Shown piece by piece: positions 26,452 to 33,518 of a DNA stretch of 64,000 nucleotides. Source of the stretch: an uncultured Desulfohalobiaceae bacterium (GTDB lineage: Bacteria > Desulfobacterota > Desulfovibrionia > Desulfovibrionales > Desulfothermaceae). Position 1 is the stretch's first letter, and every line of letters starts with the position of its first letter. Location: positions 15,011 through 79,010 of the forward strand of contig CAZUER010000002.1 in NCBI GenBank assembly GCA_964619345.1, written 5' to 3'. The translations under genes were made by a program, and so were the position numbers. A model generated the notes under the pieces. That model was not told where the DNA came from and made no database searches. It worked only from the letters and a program-made list of their open reading frames with translations.

Positions 26452-29178
26452 ATGCCCTTTGAAACCGGATCCTTCCTGCCTTCCATTCGGACATTAAGCC
26501 AGATCATTGATCAATTGTCTGATTCCGCTTCCGAGGCAGCTTTTATCTCGATGGATGCAAGCGGCCCCCGGGCAATGAAGCGTTCAGATGTGGGTGAACG
26601 CACAAGCCAGGTCGCGGCCGGGCTGGTCGATATTGGGGTGGAACCTGGGGTCAGAATCGCTCTCTGCGGTTCCACCTCAGTTGACTGGATGATGGTCGCG
26701 TTGGCCATTCTCCGGGCCGGCGGAACGGTCGTCCCTATTGACTCCCTGATGGAAGAAGACACCATCGTCCACATTTTCCAGGATTGTCGTCCTGAAGCTG
26801 TGTTTACTGATGAAGCCCATAAGCAGCTGATTGAAGGAAGCAATATTGCGGATAAGCCCAGGATCTTCCTCCTGGATACACCGGACAGCCCTGCCTATTG
26901 GCAAAACCTGGGCAAATCCGAACCGGATTCCTGGCCAGAGGTGCACCCTGGGCAGGAAGCGGTCCTCTTCTATACCTCAGGGACCACAGGACCACCGAAG
27001 GGGGTTCCCCTGACTCACGCCAACCTGGCATTTCAGATCGACACCATTGTAAAGGCCAACTTGATTTCGGCAGGCGAACACATTGTGCTGCCTTTACCCT
27101 TGCATCATGTTTATCCTTTTGTTTTTGGCCTGCTCACCCCACTGGCCATGAAGGTGGCAGTGGTTATTCCTCAAGCTCTGACCGGCCCTCAGCTCTTGCG
27201 GGCCATAAGGGAGGGACGGGCCAGTGCCATCATCGGGGTGCCCAGATTGTATCGGGCCTTGTACGAAGGCCTGCATGCCCGCATCCGTTCCAGAAGCGCA
27301 GCTATAGAGCGGCTTTTGGGCCGGGTTGAGAGATTATGCACGATCCTGCAGGGCAAGTTCCAGGTTTCTCTGGGGCCATGGCTTCTGTGGCCCGTTCACC
27401 GCCAGTTCGGCAGCCATCTTCGCTTAATGGCCTCGGGCGGGGCCACATTGGAAGGCGGGCTGGCCCAGCGGCTGGAAGGAGTGGGCTGGAAGGTGATGGT
27501 TGGATACGGTCTCACTGAGACCGCGCCATTGCTGACTATGCGAATGCCTGGACAAGGTCCGCCTGAGAGCGTGGGGCGTCCTATCCCCGGAGTCGAGCTG
27601 CAGATCGATCCCCAGGCCGGCCCCAAAGGAGAGAGCCTGGATAAGCAGCCAGGCAGCCAGGTTTCAGGGGAAATTCTGGCCCGGGGGCCGGGTGTCTTTC
27701 AGGGATATCTCAACTTGCCGCAAGAGACAGAGAAGGTTTTAACCCAGGACGGCTGGTTCCGGACAGGAGACCTGGGCCACTTCGACAGCGATGGCTACCT
27801 GCATGTCACCGGACGTGTATCCACCCGTATTGTGACAGAGAGTGGTGAAAATATTCAGCCGGATCACCTGGAGAGAGTCATTGCCGGACACCCCTTGATT
27901 GCTGAGGCCGGTGTGCTCTCATGGCATGGCCGGCTGGCGGCCTTGGTTGTTCCGGATACGGAGCAGTTCAAGGAATCAGATCTGCACGATATGCAGCAGG
28001 CCATGAAGCGAGCGGCAGGGGAGGCTTCCTCCAGCCTTCCATCATATATGCAGGTGAACGAAGTCAGGGTCAGCCCAGCACCCCTGTCTCGGACAAGGCT
28101 GGGAAAGATTCGGCGTCATCTTTTACAGCAGCGTTATGAGGAAGTGGGCAGGGAGCAATCGGGATCGGATCGGCGTCCGGTATCTTACCAGAGCATGTCG
28201 GATCAAGATAAGTCTTTGCTCGAAAACCAAACCGCCCACCGGGTCTGGAAATGGCTCTGCGAACGCTTCCCGGACAGAGGGCTCAGCCCTGATTCCCATC
28301 TGGAGAGGGACTTAGGGGTAGACTCCATGGAGTGGCTCAATTTAAGCCTGGAAATCCATGAGCAAACCGGTGCAGAGATCAGCCAAGAAGCAATTGATCA
28401 GATCCAAAGTGTGCGCGATCTCCTTCTGGCGGTGGTGAACGCGGCTCAAAGCGCCCAGGCCCTCGTCGATCCGGTTGAAAAACCTTATCAAGCCCTGAGC
28501 CGGGATCAGCAAGCCTGGTTGACTCCTCGAAACTCTGTACAACGAGCGGTTGCCTGGGCCGTCTATTGGTTGGGGTCTCTGGGAGTCCGTCTCTTTTACC
28601 GGGTTCGAGTTGAGGGCAAGCACCATGTCTCCTGTCGCGGTGCTTGCCTGCTGACTCCGAATCATACCAGCTACCTGGACCCCATTGTCTTGGCCCATGT
28701 TCTGGGTCTGAAAAATCTCAGGCATACCTATTGGGCAGGGTTGAGTACAGTTGCCTTTAACAATGCGTTCAAGCGGTTTATGTGTCGCCTGGGCCAGGCG
28801 GTCCCGATCTCTGCAGAGCACGGTGCTGTCAGCGGACTGGCATTTGCATCAGCCATTCTGCAAAAGAATCAGCGTCTGGTATGGTTTCCGGAAGGGCAGA
28901 GATCTGGGGATGGAGAGCTTCAAGCGTTAAGGCCCGGGTTGGGTGCGGTCTTAAAACGTATTCCGGTGCCGGTCATTCCGGTCTGGATCGAGGGAACCTA
29001 TGCAGCCTGGCCGGTATCCAGACGTGTGCCCCGGCCCGGAAGTATTCGCGTGACCTTCGGTCAGCCTGTGGAAGTCAATGAGCTTAGGGAATCCGGGACT
29101 TCTGAGAGGATTGAGTGGAGCATCATAGAGGGTCTGCACCAGCGGCTGGCTGAGCTGGGTAAGACCCAAAGCACGTAG
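26452..29178 (+). CDS. tri-domain protein: acyl-activating (AMP-forming) enzyme + carrier (PP-binding) domain + PlsC-type acyltransferase
   Basis: AMP-binding motifs FYTSGTTGPPKGV, GYGLTETAP, FRTGDLG and the terminal Lys region GKIRR. Carrier motif LGVDSMEWLNL. Acyltransferase HxxxxD as NHTSYLDP, plus FPEGQRS. Confidence 0.85.
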   Translation: MPFETGSFLPSIRTLSQIIDQLSDSASEAAFISMDASGPRAMKRSDVGERTSQVAAGLVDIGVEPGVRIALCGSTSVDWMMVALAILRAGGTVVPIDSLMEEDTIVHIFQDCRPEAVFTDEAHKQLIEGSNIADKPRIFLLDTPDSPAYWQNLGKSEPDSWPEVHPGQEAVLFYTSGTTGPPKGVPLTHANLAFQIDTIVKANLISAGEHIVLPLPLHHVYPFVFGLLTPLAMKVAVVIPQALTGPQLLRAIREGRASAIIGVPRLYRALYEGLHARIRSRSAAIERLLGRVERLCTILQGKFQVSLGPWLLWPVHRQFGSHLRLMASGGATLEGGLAQRLEGVGWKVMVGYGLTETAPLLTMRMPGQGPPESVGRPIPGVELQIDPQAGPKGESLDKQPGSQVSGEILARGPGVFQGYLNLPQETEKVLTQDGWFRTGDLGHFDSDGYLHVTGRVSTRIVTESGENIQPDHLERVIAGHPLIAEAGVLSWHGRLAALVVPDTEQFKESDLHDMQQAMKRAAGEASSSLPSYMQVNEVRVSPAPLSRTRLGKIRRHLLQQRYEEVGREQSGSDRRPVSYQSMSDQDKSLLENQTAHRVWKWLCERFPDRGLSPDSHLERDLGVDSMEWLNLSLEIHEQTGAEISQEAIDQIQSVRDLLLAVVNAAQSAQALVDPVEKPYQALSRDQQAWLTPRNSVQRAVAWAVYWLGSLGVRLFYRVRVEGKHHVSCRGACLLTPNHTSYLDPIVLAHVLGLKNLRHTYWAGLSTVAFNNAFKRFMCRLGQAVPISAEHGAVSGLAFASAILQKNQRLVWFPEGQRSGDGELQALRPGLGAVLKRIPVPVIPVWIEGTYAAWPVSRRVPRPGSIRVTFGQPVEVNELRESGTSERIEWSIIEGLHQRLAELGKTQST

Positions 29179-29338
29179 CTCGGCAGTAACAGATGACCGG
29201 TATAGTTGCAGAAACCATAGGTGATTTATTGGTGATTATGTGAAGAAATTCTCGACCTGCACTGTTGGTGTTCAGTATCATGAGATCTTCAAAGCTAAGC
29301 ATTATATTATTCGCATCAAAATCAAGGAGGTATGAGTT

Positions 29339-29911
29339 ATGAAAAGAACGTTCATTATTGCAGCACTGGTAGTGGCTTTTATCCTTGCCGGCAGTGCAGT
29401 CCTGGCTCAGCAACAGGGCTACGGCCAGGAATACGGCCCTCAAGGCCAGGGTTGGTTTTGCCCTTGGTGCGGTCAGCAACACGGACAGGGCATGGGCCCA
29501 GGGATGATGCAACGCGGCCAGAGCATGCCTTATGGCTGGCAGGGCCAAGGTATGGGGCCCGGAATGATGCCTGGTTGGCAAGGGCAAGGCATGAGGTCTG
29601 GTATGCAGCATGGCTACCGGGGCCAGGGTATGATGCACGGTGGTCGAGGCATGGGTCCCGGCATGAGAGGAGATCAATGGGGCCGCGGGCAGTATGGTCC
29701 TTCCAGCCAACCGCAGCAGATGGAACCCTTGTCCAAGAATGAAGCCCGCAACCTGGCCGAGGACTATGTGGCCCGGAACCCGAATCTGAAGATCGGTGAT
29801 CTCAGTGAAATGGATGAGGTGTATGAAGCCAGAGTGGAGACCAGGGACGGCTCTCTGGTGGAAAGGCTGCTCATCGACAAGCAAACCGGATGGATGAAAA
29901 AAGCCTACTGA
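29339..29911 (+). CDS. secreted Gly/Met/Gln-rich repeat protein with a C-terminal PepSY-like domain
   Basis: SD AAGGAGG and a signal peptide. The roughly 100-aa low-complexity core contains reiterated QGQGMGPGMM units and a CPWC pair. The C-terminus (ARNLAEDYVARNPNLKIGDL...YEARVETRDGSLVERLLIDKQTGW) follows the PepSY pattern. Confidence 0.7.
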   Translation: MKRTFIIAALVVAFILAGSAVLAQQQGYGQEYGPQGQGWFCPWCGQQHGQGMGPGMMQRGQSMPYGWQGQGMGPGMMPGWQGQGMRSGMQHGYRGQGMMHGGRGMGPGMRGDQWGRGQYGPSSQPQQMEPLSKNEARNLAEDYVARNPNLKIGDLSEMDEVYEARVETRDGSLVERLLIDKQTGWMKKAY

Positions 29912-30090
29912 TCACCGGCAGGAACAGATGGAACCGGCCCCATTGGGGATGCAGGACATTGCTTCCACATCCGCGGAGGGCTGCGACATAGCTTTCGCTG
30001 CTGGATTTCAATCTCATACACTCTTGTTGTTCGAAGCTTCAATCTGATTTTCATTCTGCGTATTCAGTGCATTACGCAGCTAAATCTTTA

Positions 30091-30447
30091 TCAGCTTTTT
30101 TGAGACTGCAGATACTTCTTTAGGGCCACTGCATTGTTATGTTCTGTGTCTTTTGCTGCAAAGATCAGGGTGACCGGTCCTTTTTGGAGCTGGTCTATGA
30201 CAGCGTTCACAGCCTCGGGGTGTGTCTGGAGTTCCTGGAAGTACCTGGTCTGAAACTCAGACCACTTATCCGGATCGTGGCCGAACCATTTGCGCAGCTC
30301 TTTGCTCGGAGCGAGCTCCTTGAGCCAGAGATCAATTTGGGCCTGCTGCTTGGACACGCCCCGGGGCCACATGCCATCCACCAGAATCCGGGTTCCGTCC
30401 TCGTCGTTGGGCTGCTCGTAGACCCTTTTGAGCATAATGTTGTGCAT
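30091..30447 (-). CDS. DUF488 (YeaO-like) protein
   Basis: KRVYEQPNDEDGTRILVDGMWPRGVSK...LWLKELAPSKELRKWFGHDP...FAAKDTEHNNAVALKKYL aligns along its length with E. coli YeaO as I remember it. Confidence 0.85.
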   Translation of the reverse strand: MHNIMLKRVYEQPNDEDGTRILVDGMWPRGVSKQQAQIDLWLKELAPSKELRKWFGHDPDKWSEFQTRYFQELQTHPEAVNAVIDQLQKGPVTLIFAAKDTEHNNAVALKKYLQSQKS

Positions 30448-30611
30448 AGTATGTTCTCCTCGAAATCCCTACCACCCTTCATCCCCACCTTGCTAAGGCT
30501 GGTCTTTATACACACATGACACCAGGGGATAAAGTAATGATCGTTATTCAGCCACCCCTGGAGTGCTTTGGTGCATCTGATGGGTCGTAAACAAAGAACC
30601 CTCCCCTATAG

Positions 30612-30650
30612 CCCCTCCCTCCCGCCTGGAAGACAGGCGGCAAGGAGGGG
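30612..30650 (-). terminator. GC-rich hairpin downstream of the thioredoxin-fold gene (family E)
   Basis: CCCCTCCCTCCCGCCTG-GAAGA-CAGGCGGCAAGGAGGGG. There is no clean U-tract. The related hairpin at 31339-31367 shares the core CTCCxGCCTGGAAG...CAGG. Confidence 0.4.
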
Positions 30651-30705
30651 AATCAGAGGAAGAAAGGTTTCGTCTAATATCAAACATTGCACATATGACA
30701 GGGTA

Positions 30706-31278
30706 CTAGAGATTCCAGTATGGAAAACCACGTCTAGCCCATGCTGAATGTGGGTAATCAAACAGAAGAAGACGGTAGACTTCTTTAAGAGCTTTGGGAT
30801 CCTCGTTCTTCTTGAAGTGGGATACCCCACGCAAAAAGACCGCTTCTGGAGCGCTTCCGCTGGCAGAGGACTCCAGGAGCAGGGAATCCAAAATCTCTAT
30901 GGCCTGGTCCAGCAGATTGCTGTGAAAAGCCTTTTTGGCTTGTCCAAGCTGAATGAAGGGAACAAGTTCATCCGGAGGAAGGAAGCCTATGACATCATGG
31001 TCCGGGTTCCCGTTTGTATCAAGTATGAATAATCGTGGCGTCCATTTGACCTTGAACTGTTCGGCATAGGGCTGCTGGTCGTGGCCGATACGCAATGGAA
31101 TGACGTTGTCTTGAACATAAGCGGCAACCTTGTCGTTAGGATACGTGACCGCATCCATCTGCTGGCAACCGATTCATCCTGGATTGTAGAAGTCCAATAA
31201 GATTGGCATATCGTTATTTTTTTTGGCTGTGGCCAGGGCATTATCCCATTGCTGTAACCATTCGATGGATTTGGACAT
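30706..31278 (-). CDS. thioredoxin-fold protein with predicted selenocysteine (UxxC) and a helical C-terminal half
   Basis: The ORF track starts this gene at 31158. In the same frame, ATG 31278 (GGGAGGA upstream) gives MSKSIEWLQQWDNALATAKKNNDMPILLDFYNPG-[TGA 31176-31174]-IGCQQMDAVTYPND.... The TGA sits at the first-Cys position of the redox CxxC motif. A hairpin follows it (next feature). Confidence 0.7.
31139..31156 (-). other. candidate bacterial SECIS hairpin
   Basis: On the mRNA, GGAUGC-GGUCAC-GUAUCC starts 17 nt 3' of the UGA. It has a 6-bp stem and G/U residues in the apical loop. Confidence 0.45.
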
Positions 31279-31338
31279 AATATCCTCCCTCAGTTTGAAT
31301 CATAACATATCAGTAAAAAACCATTTCTTCTCTGATTA

Positions 31339-31367
31339 CCCTCCTGCCTGGAAGTCAGACAGGAGGG
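31339..31367 (-). terminator. GC-rich hairpin downstream of the dodecin gene (family E)
   Basis: CCCTCCTG-CCTGGAAGTCAGA-CAGGAGGG lies about 28 nt past the stop codon. Confidence 0.4.
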
Positions 31368-31394
31368 AGGGGACAGGGGTGACTCTTTGTTCAT

Positions 31395-31598
31395 TTAGCG
31401 GTCAACCAGAAATGAGATCTTGCAGTTGACCCTGTAGGCCGAGACTTTGTTGTTTTCCACATCTGTTTGAAACTCCTTGACATAAACAGACTTAATGTTG
31501 TCCACCGTCTTCGCGGCTTCGGCCACTGCAACATTGACTGCATCTTCCCAGCTTTTCTCGGACTGGGCCAGAATTTCGATGACTTTGACTACAGGCAT
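31395..31598 (-). CDS. dodecin-family flavin-binding protein
   Basis: I place the start at ATG 31598 (AAGGAGG upstream). MPVVKVIEILAQSEKSWEDAVNVAVAEAAKTVDNIKSVYVKEF...AYRVNCKISF follows the dodecin pattern. The protein is 67 aa. Confidence 0.85.
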   Translation of the reverse strand: MPVVKVIEILAQSEKSWEDAVNVAVAEAAKTVDNIKSVYVKEFQTDVENNKVSAYRVNCKISFLVDR

Positions 31599-31736
31599 AA
31601 CGACCTCCTTGGTTTCCCAAATAGACAATCCTGATCATGCACTTTTGAAAAGCGACTTTTCGCTTGGAAAGAATCTCTACGTGTCAATCGTCGAGATTCA
31701 ATCTTGATACTCAGGATATGTATAATCTGGGATTGG

Positions 31737-31768
31737 ACAAGAGTGAGAAAATGGTGAGACTCATGGCC
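31737..31768 (+). repeat. family-F conserved element, copy 1 (between dodecin and PRTase genes)
   Basis: ACAAGAGTGAGAAAATGGTGAGACTCATGGCC is close to 61278-61310. It contains a tandem GTGAGA...GTGAGA and is bracketed by the inverted repeat ATTGGACAA (31732-31740) / TTGTCCAAT (31772-31780). Confidence 0.55.
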
Positions 31769-31904
31769 AGATTGTCCAATTCTCTATGAAAGCCAGATGG
31801 TTGCGAAACAACAGGATGAGCTGAACCCTGGTCACCTCACTGGTTTTTCACCCATATCTCACCTTTATTCCTGAGCTCAAAAATGGTTCATTATTCATAG
31901 GATA

Positions 31905-31963
31905 ATGCGAGTGAACAATCTGTATTTGCAAAAGAACATAAAGCGACCTTTTGCAGTTCCGTC
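31905..31963 (+). repeat. composite of a family-A 5' fragment and the family-C element, copy 1
   Basis: ATGCGAGTGAACAATCTGTATTTGCA resembles the family-A head. It is followed by GAACATAAAGCGACCTTTTGCAGTTCCGTC (31934-31963), which matches 59634-59663 at 28 of 30 positions. Confidence 0.6.
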
Positions 31964-31988
31964 AATATCCGTGGGAGGAGGTGAGTGC

Positions 31989-32675
31989 ATGGTGGTATCA
32001 GCTGACTCAAGCTCAGTGCAGTATTTCGTTGACCGGAGTGATGCCGGCCGCAGATTGGCCCAATCAATAGCTCAAAGAGGCATCACGGGGGATCTGCTCA
32101 TTCTCGGATTGCCCCGGGGGGGCATACCGGTGGCTTATGAGGTCGCCCGGGAGCTGAAGGCCCCTCTTGACGTCTGGCTGGTTCGGAAGCTGGGGGTTCC
32201 AGGCCACGAGGAGCTGGCCATGGGCGCCTTGGCCAGCGGCGGAGCCAAAATCATGAATGAGGATGTCGTTCGCTCCATGGGGGTGCGGCCGGAAAGCATC
32301 GATTCGGTGGTGGCCAAGGAATATAAAGAGCTCAAACGCAGGGAACAGGAATACCGCGGCGATAGACCCCTGCCGGAGATCAAGGGCAGGGTGGTCATCG
32401 TAGTTGATGATGGACTGGCCACGGGGGCGAGCATGAGGGCTGCACTCAGGGATCTGGGATCCCAGGACCCGGCCCGGCTTATTGTGGCGGTGCCGGTCGG
32501 AGCTCCGGAGGTCTGCCGGGCCATGTCCAGGGAGGCCTCAGAGGTAATTTGCCTACTTCAGCCCAGATTCTTCAATGCCGTGGGCAAATGGTACCGGAAG
32601 TTCAACCAGACCACGGATCAGGAGGTCCGTGATCTGTTGAGCCATGCCCAGACCATGAACTTCGAACATACTTGA
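31989..32675 (+). CDS. phosphoribosyltransferase-family protein
   Basis: I place the start at ATG 31989 (GGAGGAGG upstream). The ORF-track N-terminus is translation of repeat sequence. Motifs are LILGLPRGGIPVAYEVA and the PRPP loop VVIVVDDGLATGASM. Confidence 0.8.
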   Translation: MVVSADSSSVQYFVDRSDAGRRLAQSIAQRGITGDLLILGLPRGGIPVAYEVARELKAPLDVWLVRKLGVPGHEELAMGALASGGAKIMNEDVVRSMGVRPESIDSVVAKEYKELKRREQEYRGDRPLPEIKGRVVIVVDDGLATGASMRAALRDLGSQDPARLIVAVPVGAPEVCRAMSREASEVICLLQPRFFNAVGKWYRKFNQTTDQEVRDLLSHAQTMNFEHT

Positions 32676-32860
32676 GGCAGTGGGTCAGGTTGGGAGAGAA
32701 GAAAAGATTTGTCTCTCACCCGTTCGTCCCTGCCGCTCCTCACTTGAGGCGCGGAGGCACGGAGGAAGATAAGAAAAGAAAGAGACAGGGAAATGCCCTG
32801 GCCACCGAGCCGGCGTCCAGGGCAAGCTGCTCCGCCCTGCGGGCAAAAAAAAAATTTCCT

Positions 32861-33232
32861 TTATTCCATAAGGGCCTGGATAGCGGCCTCGGACTTCTCC
32901 GGCGGCCGGCGTTCAGGGACAACTTTATGCGGTATCCGGTCTTCATTCCAGTCCTCGGATACGTACAAGCCGCAGAAGCAGCTCCCGAATTCCTGGATAT
33001 CCGGCTTGGCGTACACACAGGGGCAGAGGATGTCCTTGTCCAGGTCGTAAACGCCGGAAGCCAGCCGGCATGGGCAGGATGCGTATCCGTAGCGATCCAT
33101 GTTGATGAGCAGGCTTTCCAGAAGGTCCCGGACCATCTGCTGATCCTTGTTGAAATGAAAACCCTTCTTGGCCACCAGCTTTTGAAGCTTTTCATAATAG
33201 GCGTCAATACGTTCAGGACTTATGGTGTTCAT
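32861..33232 (-). CDS. ferredoxin:thioredoxin reductase catalytic-subunit-like protein
   Basis: I place the start at ATG 33232 (GGAGGAC upstream). It has the CPC...CPC...C...C cluster (ASCPCRL, ILCPCVY, FGSCFCGLY) characteristic of FTR catalytic domains. Confidence 0.8.
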   Translation of the reverse strand: MNTISPERIDAYYEKLQKLVAKKGFHFNKDQQMVRDLLESLLINMDRYGYASCPCRLASGVYDLDKDILCPCVYAKPDIQEFGSCFCGLYVSEDWNEDRIPHKVVPERRPPEKSEAAIQALME

Positions 33233-33288
33233 ACGTCTTTGTCCTCCATACAAAAGTTATACATATGTGAACAGAAGGAGAAAACATT

Positions 33289-33504
33289 ATGGATGAACAA
33301 ACAGAACTCGTAAACTATCTTCGACAGGTGATCGGTGAAGAGGGTTGCTGTGTAACCTGTAATACAGATGATGTCTTTTTTGAAGAGGGCAGATGGAAGC
33401 TTCAATTGGAAAACTTTCTTGAGCCCTGGGATCTCGGGGAGACCGTGGATGAGGCCAAGGCCCGGATCAAGGAGTATGCCTCCATGGGGTTTGGCCTGGC
33501 CTGA
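33289..33504 (+). CDS. small hypothetical protein (71 aa)
   Basis: Good SD (GAAGGAGAA) and plausible composition. I recognise no family. It contains GCCVTC. Confidence 0.45.
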   Translation: MDEQTELVNYLRQVIGEEGCCVTCNTDDVFFEEGRWKLQLENFLEPWDLGETVDEAKARIKEYASMGFGLA

Positions 33505-33518
33505 GGACCTGTCGCAAA

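Noticed and set aside
29123-29884. 253-aa minus-strand ORF
   Set aside because: It is antisense to the Gly/Met-rich repeat gene. The low-complexity His/Pro/Ala-rich translation is a by-product of the repeat, and there is no SD.
31905-31988. N-terminal 28 codons of the PRTase ORF as listed (similarly 58285-58329, 59025-59114, 38829-38882, 7445-7522, 2229-2348, 46825-46998)
   Set aside because: The extensions run through repeat or leader sequence and lack an SD. Internal ATGs with strong GGAGG-type SDs, and where relevant signal peptides, give family-consistent N-termini.
32840-32862. GCCCTGCGGGC hairpin followed by A10TTT as a terminator
   Set aside because: The poly-A/T run is on the wrong side of the stem for both flanking genes: A-run after the stem on the plus strand, T-run before the stem on the minus strand.
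32672-33313. 213-aa plus-strand ORF
   Set aside because: It overlaps the FTR-like gene in antisense and starts inside the PRTase stop region. It has no motif and a poor start context.
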